A program made the translations under genes and the position numbers. DNA of 64,000 bases, from IMG/VR virus record IMGVR_UViG_3300035681_000001, positions 64,001 through 128,000 of that record; one strand, written 5' to 3'. Source of the stretch: a virus. Each line of letters starts with the position of its first letter. Position 1 is the first letter of the stretch. This document shows positions 16,910 to 27,278 of the stretch, in pieces. The notes under the pieces are model-generated. The model was given only the letters and a program-made list of their open reading frames with translations, was not told the DNA's origin and did not search any database.

Positions 16910-19371
16910 TCGTCAACCTCTTTAGGAGCTGTTAGGTGGAGCTTAATACCAGCAGTTTGAGTCTGACTTATGGCTTGAATCAAACTACTGGTAGCCGGTA
17001 AGTCAAGACTAACATACCTAGTAGCTACATAATTAGCCAGAGGGTCTATAAATACCGGGCCGTCTACTACGTAAACCTCTGGGTTTCTCGGGTCATAATC
17101 TTTAGCTAAAACCCGAGGGCGGTCTCTTAAAGCTGCATTAGCAGGCAGCGGGATTTGATCAGAAGATTGTATTTGAATTCCTCCTAAGGGTAAGTGTTGG
17201 TAACGATAACCTACTGGAGGGCCAGGCTCTAAATCTAAATTAGTACTTACAGGTCTAGAATCCGAGCATAAAACCTCAGCGCCTATTAACGCTAAATCTC
17301 GATAGGGAAAACCAGCTACTGATCTAGGCTCTAGACCTAATTTGGTATTTATAGGTCTGGAATCAGAACACAAAAGTTTTGCAGAAAGCTTAAACCCTCT
17401 ACTAGGACGATACACCAAATTAAAATAGTCTTCAGCTGGAGTGTCAGGTTTAAAGGCTTGATTAGGCACAGTATAAGAATCGTAATTATCCCCTACAGCA
17501 CCTGGCAGACGAGCTGAGTAAGGTTTAGGTGTTGGGTTAGTATAAGTAGGTGTATAACCCCAAGCGTTCAGCAAAGTAGCTAAGTCTTTGGAGCCTAAGG
17601 TTGCTACTAGCAAACGTCTCAAAAAAATATCAGAAACTAAAGACCGCTGCGGTAACATCAAGGTAACCCAATCTCTCAAAGCACGTCCGGTAGCGGTAGT
17701 AGGAGCTAAGCTGGCTTGTTTGATCAAGTAACCCAAATACCAAGGGTAAGAAACTTCGGCCTCTGCTTTTAACAGAGCCCCTAAAACGCTTTGGGGGTCT
17801 TCATCAACTGAATACCCTGACCAGTTAGACCCATAAGGCCACAACCTACGTATTTCTTGAGCTGCATTTTCTACTAAAGTAGACGCAGCTTGCGACCTAT
17901 AATCAAAAGCTGTGCTCAACACAACAAAGTAAAGCACTGACCTAAGGTATAAAGCCGCTAAGCAGTCTAAAGAATAACTAGTCGCATTATTAGTTAATTC
18001 GGCACTTTCAGCTGCCAGGTTACTAACCCAACTAGGTGCTTGTGGTTGTGTCAAGTACAACCACATAACTAGGTAATCGGGCTTAGAACTCGTAAGACCA
18101 GTATGAGTATTAAAAGCTGCGCGGGTTGTTTCGTAACGATTAAAAGCTGAAGCAGCCGCAGTAGGTCGGAACTGTAAAAACCACCAAACCTGATAAGCAG
18201 CAGCGTTTAGTTGTGTGTACTTAATCCCAGCCTGAGGATCTGACCTAACTATTGTAGGATCTTGCGGGTCTGGTTGACCTACGTAATCACGACCTACAAA
18301 TCCAGAGTAGTCGGCAGACGTAACGTCTTTATTAGAATCCACCAGCACTTGGTGTAAACGAGAAGCACGTACGTGTATATCAAAATCGTAGTCTATGGAC
18401 AAATACTGGCTGAGAAATAGGTCTACTAAATAAGAACCTGCTAACGTAGGAGTCTCATAAGTAAAAAATCCGGCCTCACTACAATAAGCTGCGTATCCAC
18501 TAATAGGTGAAATCGAAAAACTACAAAACGTAGCTAAAGCCTTTACAGAAACTAAAAGCTCTTCTTGGAATTTATCTCTAGCACCATACAACGGTAAAGC
18601 ACCTACTGGATAGGTTTCTTGTAAAGCCTTAATAGCTAACACTAGAGCTAACCCCAGCAGCGCGTTAGGTGCTACTTCTTTAACTACATATTCACTAACA
18701 GGTGGATTCAAAGGAACTGGAAAGCGCTCAAAACCCCACGTAGGTTCAGTATTAACGTTTAGGGTATCAGTGCCCACAAACCAAGCTCTAGAACGAGCTT
18801 GGTATATGAATTCCTTGATAATAGATAACACTAAAGAAACTTCTTTAGCTGCTACGGCAGCCAGCAGTCCCCAAGCTACAGTCTCAGGAGGAGACTCCAA
18901 CATTGAACTACCTAGATAAGGACTTGGAAAAAAACCTCGCTCAACCCAGGGTAATAACAGTTTGTCTTCTACACCAGAAGTATCTACCGTCAGCACACCC
19001 TGCACAGACGGAAGTCTTTTGAGGTACAAACGATCACTTAGGTAGCTACCTAGTTGAGGAACCTCGATGTTGCTAGTACTACTAGGGTAAGTAATCTGTC
19101 TATATTGACGACCATCTAGCAAGGTAGTTACTTCATACGTATTTATAGGTACACTTGCACTCAACTTACGCCGCTGACTTAACTTACCTGCGCTAGAAAG
19201 TTTTAAAGCAGTGCGGTAATTATGATAAGTGGCAGTTACTACCGAGTCATTGGGGACTTTTACCGCCACTACGTTTGCTGGCCCAGTACCATGAGTAAAA
19301 TTAGGATCCAAAACAGATCCATTAAGGTCTAACCCCAAGGAGGTATAAAAAGGCAGCAAACTAAAGGTCAC
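16906..19371 (-). CDS. Putative baseplate wedge-associated protein
   Basis: 821 aa, directly after baseplate J; product inferred from position only. Confidence 0.5.
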   Translation of the reverse strand: MTFSLLPFYTSLGLDLNGSVLDPNFTHGTGPANVVAVKVPNDSVVTATYHNYRTALKLSSAGKLSQRRKLSASVPINTYEVTTLLDGRQYRQITYPSSTSNIEVPQLGSYLSDRLYLKRLPSVQGVLTVDTSGVEDKLLLPWVERGFFPSPYLGSSMLESPPETVAWGLLAAVAAKEVSLVLSIIKEFIYQARSRAWFVGTDTLNVNTEPTWGFERFPVPLNPPVSEYVVKEVAPNALLGLALVLAIKALQETYPVGALPLYGARDKFQEELLVSVKALATFCSFSISPISGYAAYCSEAGFFTYETPTLAGSYLVDLFLSQYLSIDYDFDIHVRASRLHQVLVDSNKDVTSADYSGFVGRDYVGQPDPQDPTIVRSDPQAGIKYTQLNAAAYQVWWFLQFRPTAAASAFNRYETTRAAFNTHTGLTSSKPDYLVMWLYLTQPQAPSWVSNLAAESAELTNNATSYSLDCLAALYLRSVLYFVVLSTAFDYRSQAASTLVENAAQEIRRLWPYGSNWSGYSVDEDPQSVLGALLKAEAEVSYPWYLGYLIKQASLAPTTATGRALRDWVTLMLPQRSLVSDIFLRRLLVATLGSKDLATLLNAWGYTPTYTNPTPKPYSARLPGAVGDNYDSYTVPNQAFKPDTPAEDYFNLVYRPSRGFKLSAKLLCSDSRPINTKLGLEPRSVAGFPYRDLALIGAEVLCSDSRPVSTNLDLEPGPPVGYRYQHLPLGGIQIQSSDQIPLPANAALRDRPRVLAKDYDPRNPEVYVVDGPVFIDPLANYVATRYVSLDLPATSSLIQAISQTQTAGIKLHLTAPKEVDE

Positions 19372-20456
19372 TAGCTGTTCACCGGATAGGTTACTTTAAT
19401 ATCACCTGGGACTAATAATTCTCCTACACCAGCTGCTACTGAACTACCTACACCAGTAACCACTACAGACCTAACAAAAGGACGCACGGCGTTAACTATA
19501 GCTTCAGTGTAAAAGGTCTCCCCTACCGACAACGCTCCTATAATGGTACCTACCAGAGTGTTAATGTTTTCTGTTAAAACACTCAAGTCAGCGTTCAACC
19601 CCCTAAAGGGTTCTACTATTAAGGTCAGGTTCAAGCGGCGTTGTGTTACCTGACCTAAAATAGGTACTACTCCGGCGGCCACAAAAGGACTGATGTAAGT
19701 CTTGAGTTCTTGTAGCTGACTAGGAGTTAGTAAATCTAAAGAATCAACCCATAACTCCACATACCCTCCAGCTACCGTTTTTACAAAAGCTTTAGTAACC
19801 AACGGGTACTGCTGCAGTTTTAAGGTAAGCTCTTGTTTAGAGCCAGTATTAGTTGACGCTAAATATTGACCCACACGCTGTCGATAAGTACTGTCAGATT
19901 CTGTGTCTCGACCGCCGGTTAAGTCTCCTAGATAACCACTAAGGTGGGTACTACCTACCACAAACTGAATCTCGGGTCGCTCTAAACAAAACAGCTTAGT
20001 GCCTGCTGGAACATTGCTAGCCGAACCGGACAACAGAGCCTTAACCAGCAAACGGACTTCAGTGTTGCTGTATACAGTAGCATCAGAAACTACCACTACG
20101 TATTGGTTGCCGTTAGAAAAGTCAACCAACGTAGTCTTACCTGTTAAGGTATAACTAGTCAAATTAGACTCGGCACTGATTATAGCTAATACGTAACCTT
20201 GAGCGTAGGTTTCTTGCAACCGGCTAACACCAAAGGATTCACCTATAGCATCTAGCTGTGTACCTACTGCAGTAGTAAGTGAAGCGTTTAGTTGCTGTAG
20301 TTTTAAGTCTTGACTGACAGCTACAGCAGCTACACCACGAGCAAGGGTATACACCACTGAACCAGGGTCAGTATCTAACACTAAAGAGCTACCTGACTTA
20401 GCTACAGCAATCAGGTAGTCTTGTTGTATTTCTTCAGTGGTTCTTACTTCAGGCAT
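19371..20456 (-). CDS. Baseplate J-like wedge protein
   Basis: DPGSVVYTLARGVA, GTQLDAIGESFGVSR and GGRDTESDSTYRQR are typical of the J family. Confidence 0.88.
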   Translation of the reverse strand: MPEVRTTEEIQQDYLIAVAKSGSSLVLDTDPGSVVYTLARGVAAVAVSQDLKLQQLNASLTTAVGTQLDAIGESFGVSRLQETYAQGYVLAIISAESNLTSYTLTGKTTLVDFSNGNQYVVVVSDATVYSNTEVRLLVKALLSGSASNVPAGTKLFCLERPEIQFVVGSTHLSGYLGDLTGGRDTESDSTYRQRVGQYLASTNTGSKQELTLKLQQYPLVTKAFVKTVAGGYVELWVDSLDLLTPSQLQELKTYISPFVAAGVVPILGQVTQRRLNLTLIVEPFRGLNADLSVLTENINTLVGTIIGALSVGETFYTEAIVNAVRPFVRSVVVTGVGSSVAAGVGELLVPGDIKVTYPVNS

Positions 20457-20836
20457 TAGGTAGCTACCATATTAACAGTGTTATCTAACAAATCTAAATA
20501 GGTCAAATCTACAGCTACTGAACTAGACCCTAGTGTTTTGTTAACAGACAATACTTCTATTGTAGGGTCTGCTGCCAAAGACTCTGAAACAACTTCTTCT
20601 AAAATAGACAGATCAACTTCAGTAGCCGGCAAAGAAACTAGTTCTGGTAGCTTGCTGAAATAATTAGTATCCAAGTCAACCCAACCGGCAGCTTCCTTAA
20701 CAGCTCTGGTATAACCACCTACAGGTGTAGTCAAGCGGCGCTTGATAGCTGGCGCACGATTACTTTCAACAGCTAACTTTCCACTAGCAGTCAGCTGCAG
20801 ATCCCCTGAAGGTTTAATAACTAGGTCTACCTTCAC
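20456..20836 (-). CDS. Baseplate wedge gpW/gp25-like protein
   Basis: 126 aa next to J; IKRRLTTPVG...ESLAADPTIEV pattern. Confidence 0.7.
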   Translation of the reverse strand: MKVDLVIKPSGDLQLTASGKLAVESNRAPAIKRRLTTPVGGYTRAVKEAAGWVDLDTNYFSKLPELVSLPATEVDLSILEEVVSESLAADPTIEVLSVNKTLGSSSVAVDLTYLDLLDNTVNMVAT

Positions 20837-21474
20837 TGCAAGCTAAGAGGAGTAGTACTGTCATTGTAGTTTCCATAACTGAGCAAGGCCAACCCCGGAC
20901 TACCTACAGTCCAAATAACCTCCGCACTACCTAAAGGCTGGGGTCCTTTAAAAGCCTGAACACAAAATAAGTATTCACCTGCCGGCCACAAACCAAAACC
21001 GGTTAAGGAACATTCTGTAGAACTAGCAGTTCCTACAGCTATAAACTCAGAGTCCTTAAAAAGTGACCAGCCTAAAGAAACACCTACGTAAGACTCTGGG
21101 ATGGACAACCTAACCTGCAAACTCCCACCAGCCAAGTTGGTCAGCGGTTCAGGTATAGGTAGATTAGGTACTAGCAACTTAGTACCGTATTTAACCGTTG
21201 CCGGCAAAGACAACACCACTTCAGCAGTACCTGCTAATGATTCAACCACTAGCCCACGTAGGTCCTGCCCAAACAGCAAGATATTACCTGGCACTAATTG
21301 GTTATCAGAATCCCTAACCACCACTTTTCTTGCTGTTTGTTCTAAGACTACAAAAACATTAGGGCGGATCTCGGGAGAGTAGTTGCTAGTAGCGGGTAAA
21401 TTAATGTCCATTAAATTAAAAAAGAACGGCTTAAGCGTAAAACTCACCTTAAAGGTCCCACTAACGAGCGTCAC
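20833..21474 (-). CDS. Hypothetical baseplate-region protein
   Basis: 213-aa ORF overlapping its neighbours. Confidence 0.6.
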   Translation of the reverse strand: MTLVSGTFKVSFTLKPFFFNLMDINLPATSNYSPEIRPNVFVVLEQTARKVVVRDSDNQLVPGNILLFGQDLRGLVVESLAGTAEVVLSLPATVKYGTKLLVPNLPIPEPLTNLAGGSLQVRLSIPESYVGVSLGWSLFKDSEFIAVGTASSTECSLTGFGLWPAGEYLFCVQAFKGPQPLGSAEVIWTVGSPGLALLSYGNYNDSTTPLSLQ

Positions 21475-22993
21475 CTAAGGCAGTCTTTTCAGCACGAGCT
21501 GACTTACCTTCAGGTTGCTGCAAGTAAGTAGGAGGAGTCTCTACATTAGAGTAAGGTTTTGTAGGTAAAGCAACAGGAGGTGGTGGAAGCCCACCTTCTT
21601 CACCTTCTTCACTTAAATCACCTTCTTCACTTAAATCAGCAGTTGAATCAGCTGCAGTAGTTGAATCAGCTGCAGCACTACCAAAGTCTCCAACAGCTGA
21701 TTCTACAAAAGGAGCCCCTGTAGCAATATAGTTATCTGCAGCAGTAGCTAACGCCTCTTCACCAGCTGGGGATTGTACTGAAACTACCGTATTTTGTGGC
21801 GTACTAGTAACACCTGCATAACTAGCCCAACTAGAAACTGCTGCAGCAGTTGGCCCTAAAGAACTTTTTTGTAGCATTTGAGTTACGACAGCTCTTCCTG
21901 GTCCGTCTAAAGTCTCACCTACAAAATCAGCTAATTTAGTAGGCAGAACGTCACCTAGTAAGTCTTTAACCTGACCTAAACCTAAATCAACAACAGCACC
22001 AAAAGGATCTGCAGCAAACTCAGCTACATCTTCTAGTACTTTAAGTGAATTTCCCACACCGGGCAAAGAACCAGCTATTCCTACCGTAGACACCAAAGCC
22101 CCAATAACATTTCCGTCTTTTATCTGAGTAGCTAAAGTAGCAATAGTAGCTGCGTTAGCTAATACGTCAGTAATGCCTAAAGAAGAAAGCTTGTCTAAAG
22201 CATCTAAATTCAAAGGACTGCGAGCTGCCACACCCGCAGCTCCCATATTGATGTGTACTAAGCTGCCATCTAAAGAAAGTATTCCTAGTGCAGAAACTTT
22301 AGCTATTCCCAGCGAACTTATGTTAGTAACAGCACCTGAAAGGCTCAAAGCACCGGTAGCAGACACCTGCCCCACTGCCCCAGCAGACACAGAAAAGTTT
22401 TTCTGAGCAGACATTTTTACAGCATCACCCGTAAAAACCACATCTTTAGTAGCTCGACCTACTAAGTAACCCTCAGCTTGCATATTAATAGACTCTTCTG
22501 CTTTAAGGTCATACCTACCGGCAACACCTTCTAGATCACCTGCTTCAAAAACAGATTTGGTAACTTGCAGCTTTTGGTAACCAGTAGCCTGAACAGCAGC
22601 AGCAGACTGCCTAAAATAATCTTTAGCATAGCAATAATCTTGACCTAACACAGCTCGGTGGTGTGATCCAGACTGTAAAGAAATCAGTTTACTAGCTTGT
22701 ACCCAAAAATGCTCCGTAATATTGGTACACGTAGTTAGCACTTGTTTTAATGATTTACCTTGAAAACTAATCACAGCCGAATTAACAGACAACACCGGTG
22801 TGCGGATGTCAAATTGGCTAGTAATATCAAACCTAGCTAAAGGTTGTAAAACAAACCCAATAGCAGTCGTGTTTTGGTGACTAATTCCAGTACCATAATC
22901 TTTAGCTAACACGCCAGCAGCTTTAGCCAGATCAGCTTTAAGCTCTTGCATCAAGTCAGAATAAGTGTTGAGATCTTCTTTAAGGGTGCTCAT
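21461..22993 (-). CDS. Spike-like protein with gp5/VgrG-type beta-helix stretch
   Basis: Short beta repeats (YDLKAEESINMQAEG...FSVSAGAVGQVSATGALSLSG...LSLDGSLVHIN) followed by a low-complexity acidic tail. Confidence 0.55.
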   Translation of the reverse strand: MSTLKEDLNTYSDLMQELKADLAKAAGVLAKDYGTGISHQNTTAIGFVLQPLARFDITSQFDIRTPVLSVNSAVISFQGKSLKQVLTTCTNITEHFWVQASKLISLQSGSHHRAVLGQDYCYAKDYFRQSAAAVQATGYQKLQVTKSVFEAGDLEGVAGRYDLKAEESINMQAEGYLVGRATKDVVFTGDAVKMSAQKNFSVSAGAVGQVSATGALSLSGAVTNISSLGIAKVSALGILSLDGSLVHINMGAAGVAARSPLNLDALDKLSSLGITDVLANAATIATLATQIKDGNVIGALVSTVGIAGSLPGVGNSLKVLEDVAEFAADPFGAVVDLGLGQVKDLLGDVLPTKLADFVGETLDGPGRAVVTQMLQKSSLGPTAAAVSSWASYAGVTSTPQNTVVSVQSPAGEEALATAADNYIATGAPFVESAVGDFGSAAADSTTAADSTADLSEEGDLSEEGEEGGLPPPPVALPTKPYSNVETPPTYLQQPEGKSARAEKTALGDAR

Positions 22994-24912
22994 GCTATAC
23001 CTTCACTAGTAGGTACTAACGGGCCGCCTGACAAAGTATTGTCTGCAGCAGTAGTATCAACACCATCTTTGCTGGCCGTAGTCGGTTGGTCAGCAGTAGT
23101 TTCAGCAGCGGGTTTACTAGGCAGCCAGTCTAAAACAGACTTAATAGCACTGCTTAAGTGCACGGAATCCAACAGACTAACTAAGCCTAAAGTCCGAGCA
23201 CTACTTTCTTGGCGGTAACCATATATGTCATCACGCATAGCCCGCAGTTGCATCTGGTAGTCTTGTAAACCAGGTTCAGGTAAGCCGTTAGCTAAATACA
23301 AATCGTTGTTAGATCCCCTGGGGTTAGTAGTACTTTGCAGACCAAACAACAAGTCATACGTACTCAACACATCCTGAAAACCCGTTTCTATAGTAGTAGT
23401 ACTAGTATCTGCTGGTTGAGGGAAAACAGGAACCACATTACTGTAAGACTGCTCGGTTGAGTAACTCTCAGTAGCTAAGTAAGTATCTAAATCCACTGCA
23501 GTACCTTGAGGGTCAGTAGCTACAAAAGCAACCGGGTTACTAGAACTTAACGTAACGCTGTAACTACCAACACCTCCAGTAGGAGTTAAGGTACCGGTGG
23601 CATCCGGGCCGTACAACGGAAAAACCTTACCTTCTACAGGGTTACCTAAAACATCAGTAACCTGCAAGTTAATCCGATTACCAAATTGTTTGTCTGCTTT
23701 TAATAGACGAGTAGTACCTTTAGGAGGTTGTTGTTGTAAGGATAAAAACTGCGGATCTGCAGTTTCAGCAATTTCTGTCAAACGCAGGTCCTCAGCTTGA
23801 TACCACCCGACAACATTTATACGTGTGTTGCCAGTAGCTAGAATAGAATCTCTATCAGAACCAGACAGCCAATACAACGCTAGCTGCTTTGCATTTCGTG
23901 CACTTTGAGAAGCTGTAAGTATAGAATCCCAAGTTGACTGTATGGAGTAAGCGTCATAGCTAAGAGCTAAGCTACAAGCTAGTTGGTACTTTAAATCAAA
24001 ATAAGCTGTAGAAGCATAAAAAGTATCCAACGGTAAGCGTAACACCGTTTCAGGTTGTGCATTCAAGAGTTCGACCGCTTTTAGGTAACCTTCTACAGCT
24101 GAAGCCTGTAAAATTAACAATCCACCGCTGGGTTTAGCCAAGCTCAAGCAGTTACTTAAAGCTCTAGTAATAGACTCCCTATGAGCCTCAGTTAACAAAG
24201 GAAAGCACAAGTAAAAAACAGAATCCTCATATTCACCTAAAAAGACCCTCAATGCCAGCTGATTAGTCTCTAGTGGTAGTTGCTGTCTACGTAACTGGTA
24301 GAGCTGTGTTAACGCTGCTCCACTAGTGGCTTGATTTATGGTAGTTAAAGTTGCAGGGATAACCGCTAAACCCGAAAGGTCTAACGCTGAATAAAGCTGA
24401 GTCAGCCGATCAGTAGCATTACCTACAAAGCCCAAGTCCTGCCAAACTACACCTACCAAAGAACTCAGTAGCTCAGTAGGCGTAACATTAGGGTTTAGTT
24501 GAGTTGCATAATAACCTAATGAACCCAGCACGTCAGCATACTTATAGTCTGGAGGGTGCTGAGGGTTAGGGCTACGGTAGGGCCAAATATCATCATAAGA
24601 ATAAGCAGCCCATGCTTTAGTAGAGTGCCTAGTAAGGGTACTCTTAGCAGCATCACGATACTGACAATTAACTAAACACTCAAACAACCCCTTACCTAGC
24701 AAATAATCTCGATAGTGTAAAACTGTAGGGTTAGCAGCTTTAGACCAGCTAGCTAAATACTGGCTAGCTAGACGAAATAAAGCAGAACGCCCCTTCAATA
24801 AAGCCAGCAAATACTCTCGGTTAGACTCCCACCTAGAATTCACCTCAAATCCAAGCTTGAGGTTACCTGAAGCAAAAGGAAACTCAGCTAGAGGCTTGGA
24901 TCTGAGAGACAT
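22990..24912 (-). CDS. Hypothetical protein
   Basis: 640-aa ORF in the baseplate operon. Confidence 0.65.
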   Translation of the reverse strand: MSLRSKPLAEFPFASGNLKLGFEVNSRWESNREYLLALLKGRSALFRLASQYLASWSKAANPTVLHYRDYLLGKGLFECLVNCQYRDAAKSTLTRHSTKAWAAYSYDDIWPYRSPNPQHPPDYKYADVLGSLGYYATQLNPNVTPTELLSSLVGVVWQDLGFVGNATDRLTQLYSALDLSGLAVIPATLTTINQATSGAALTQLYQLRRQQLPLETNQLALRVFLGEYEDSVFYLCFPLLTEAHRESITRALSNCLSLAKPSGGLLILQASAVEGYLKAVELLNAQPETVLRLPLDTFYASTAYFDLKYQLACSLALSYDAYSIQSTWDSILTASQSARNAKQLALYWLSGSDRDSILATGNTRINVVGWYQAEDLRLTEIAETADPQFLSLQQQPPKGTTRLLKADKQFGNRINLQVTDVLGNPVEGKVFPLYGPDATGTLTPTGGVGSYSVTLSSSNPVAFVATDPQGTAVDLDTYLATESYSTEQSYSNVVPVFPQPADTSTTTIETGFQDVLSTYDLLFGLQSTTNPRGSNNDLYLANGLPEPGLQDYQMQLRAMRDDIYGYRQESSARTLGLVSLLDSVHLSSAIKSVLDWLPSKPAAETTADQPTTASKDGVDTTAADNTLSGGPLVPTSEGIA

Positions 24913-25471
24913 AAGGAAAATAAAACTGCTGGGTTGGTAAATGACCTAAAGCTACTGGAGCATATGCCTGACCTAACAAACCAGCTAAAGAGGCAGTAGC
25001 AGAACCTAAATCTAGTATAGTGGTGTGTGTAATCCTTTGAACAGAAACTGTCAAGAAAGACAGCAAGTCTCCTGTGAGCAAACTCAAAAGCTCTGTCTTG
25101 AGAATAGGTTGTTGCTCACTAAACCAACGGACTAGATAAATAGGATCAAGCTGCTGGCTAGCATCAAACTCCGCATAACCTAGATACTCAGTTACTGCAG
25201 TAAGATCTTCACGTTGCCCTGACCATAATTCTCGCAAAGGCTCTTCAAGCTGAGCTAGACCGGGGTCTACTAAAGCTACTAGTTTTACCAAACCATAAAC
25301 ACTGTGGTTTACCCACTGCTCTAAAGCTACTACCCACTCATCTGCTTTAAGTAAACCATAACTAGTTAAAAGGCTTTCTAGTGCTAGCTGCGGGTTTCCA
25401 TTAAAGTCACCCTGACCAGGAAAAACATAGTAAAACGGAGTAGTAACACGACTAGACAAAGAAATATTCAT
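24884..25471 (-). CDS. Hypothetical protein
   Basis: 195-aa ORF; TGATG overlap with the upstream gene. Confidence 0.6.
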   Translation of the reverse strand: MNISLSSRVTTPFYYVFPGQGDFNGNPQLALESLLTSYGLLKADEWVVALEQWVNHSVYGLVKLVALVDPGLAQLEEPLRELWSGQREDLTAVTEYLGYAEFDASQQLDPIYLVRWFSEQQPILKTELLSLLTGDLLSFLTVSVQRITHTTILDLGSATASLAGLLGQAYAPVALGHLPTQQFYFPYVSQIQASS

Positions 25472-26808
25472 CAGGCCACACCTGCATCTAACCTAGGAAA
25501 TAGTTCAGGATGCACAGGAGGTAATTCTTTAGTATCTACATAAGGAGGCAATACTTGAGGAGTAGCAGGTGTGTACTTACGAGTACAAGCTTCTAGTAAA
25601 GCTGCACGACTGGTCTTTTTAGCTCCTTTAGGAGCAGTACCTAAAATCTGTTTAAGCAAACGACTAAACAAGTTCAAAGGGTCCACAGCATTCCACAATA
25701 GTAACCCTAAAGAATCCTTAGGAGCTAAAGCACTTAAATACTGACCACCTAGCCCTAATAAGGTGCTTTCAGCCGCACTAGCTGACAACGCCACTTTACC
25801 AGTTTTAGGGTCATAACTAACAGGCCCTAAACTCAAACCTGATTGATCATTACGCAGTTGTAAAAAGTCAGGAAGCTGGGCATTGGCAGTACTCAAACCA
25901 TAATCAAAAGCTTGAGCCGCCAAAGAGTTACCTACTACTTTTAGTTTCCCTACATCGAAAAAACTAGTACCTTTTTCTACGTAAATCTTACCTGTACTGT
26001 CTGTACGTACATACATACCAGGACCTAAAGCCTGCTTGTCTAAAGGTTTTATAGTACCATCTTCAGCTTTAGCTAAGTCTTTAAAAGAAACGGTTAGTCC
26101 ACCAACCCACAAGCCCTCAACACTAGACCTAACTTGTGCAAACCCAGGTTGGGTTTGATTTAAGCCCGACAACCCTGAGTCCACTAAGGTACTAAAAACC
26201 TGACTGCCTACATAAACTTCTGACTTGGAAGGATTATAACTAACACCACCTACGCCTATACTTTCAATACCCTTGCCGTCTGCAGTGCGAGAAACATTCA
26301 GCTGAGCATAACCAGGTAAGTATTTATTAATCTCACCTAAAGCTAGATCTAAACCTCTAGACAACAACGTGCCCAACAAGTCAAAGTTTTTCTTACTAGT
26401 CCCTTTTATAGCCTCTAGGTTTTGCTTAACACAAATATTTATCTGAGAGTTTCGGGCCATTTCGGCCTCAGCTGCCCACCATTCATCTTCAGCTCGCTTT
26501 AGTACTGCTTGTTGGAATTCTTTATTTTTAGGTAAAGTTTGCTCACCCCACAAACAGAATTGCGGAGGCTCTGGTCTAGGTACAGTAGGGTTTGAATCTG
26601 AAGGTATAGGTGCTACTAAGTCTTTAGACTGCTGAAGCAGTAAAGAAAACTTACGGCGGGTTTCTTGAGCTTCTGCTGAGAGCCCATTAGCGTTAGCTTT
26701 AGCAGTACGTTGTGTTATTGATCCATTAGTAACTACTTTGCAATCAACTTTTTCTACTACCGTCCCTAATGGAGTAACAAAAGTATGAGCACCAGCGTGT
26801 CTACTCAT
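25471..26808 (-). CDS. Hypothetical protein
   Basis: 445-aa ORF with repeated G-x-V-S-Y-x-P segments. Confidence 0.65.
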   Translation of the reverse strand: MSRHAGAHTFVTPLGTVVEKVDCKVVTNGSITQRTAKANANGLSAEAQETRRKFSLLLQQSKDLVAPIPSDSNPTVPRPEPPQFCLWGEQTLPKNKEFQQAVLKRAEDEWWAAEAEMARNSQINICVKQNLEAIKGTSKKNFDLLGTLLSRGLDLALGEINKYLPGYAQLNVSRTADGKGIESIGVGGVSYNPSKSEVYVGSQVFSTLVDSGLSGLNQTQPGFAQVRSSVEGLWVGGLTVSFKDLAKAEDGTIKPLDKQALGPGMYVRTDSTGKIYVEKGTSFFDVGKLKVVGNSLAAQAFDYGLSTANAQLPDFLQLRNDQSGLSLGPVSYDPKTGKVALSASAAESTLLGLGGQYLSALAPKDSLGLLLWNAVDPLNLFSRLLKQILGTAPKGAKKTSRAALLEACTRKYTPATPQVLPPYVDTKELPPVHPELFPRLDAGVA

Positions 26809-27278
26809 TCTACTAAAAAGGCTGCGTGTACTTGAGCATAACCTGAATAACCAAAACGAACAGCTTCAAGAGGTACGGTAATAGGTAAAGGCTGTAAAGT
26901 AACACCTTCTGAAACCATACCTGCAGCTGGAGCTAAAGACCGTTTAACGTAATTAGGTAAGCGCCCTAAGTGTGGCCTAAAGCTAGTTATATAAGGCCTA
27001 CCTGAATCACCACTTTCAAAAGCTACGGTTACTGCGTCTCCATAAGACAACGTAGTTTGAGTACCTATACCGTTAGTAGAAGCGTGGCTAGTGGCGTTGT
27101 TAGTGACTGTATAAGTGTAACCTAAAGCTGGAATAAAAACTTGAGCGGTGCCCGCTAAGTGATCTATAGGCGTTATTGCACACACTACACCATAATGCGT
27201 GGCATTACGTTTACCATCATAATAATCACGCTGCTCTAAATACCTAGGGCGCGAGTTTAGGTCTAGGTGTGCGCTCAT
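26805..27278 (-). CDS. Baseplate spike OB-fold protein (gpV/gp5 N-terminal-like)
   Basis: YGVVCAI...AQVFIPALG...LSYGDAVTVAFESGDSGRPYI; follows the hub gene. Confidence 0.7.
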   Translation of the reverse strand: MSAHLDLNSRPRYLEQRDYYDGKRNATHYGVVCAITPIDHLAGTAQVFIPALGYTYTVTNNATSHASTNGIGTQTTLSYGDAVTVAFESGDSGRPYITSFRPHLGRLPNYVKRSLAPAAGMVSEGVTLQPLPITVPLEAVRFGYSGYAQVHAAFLVE

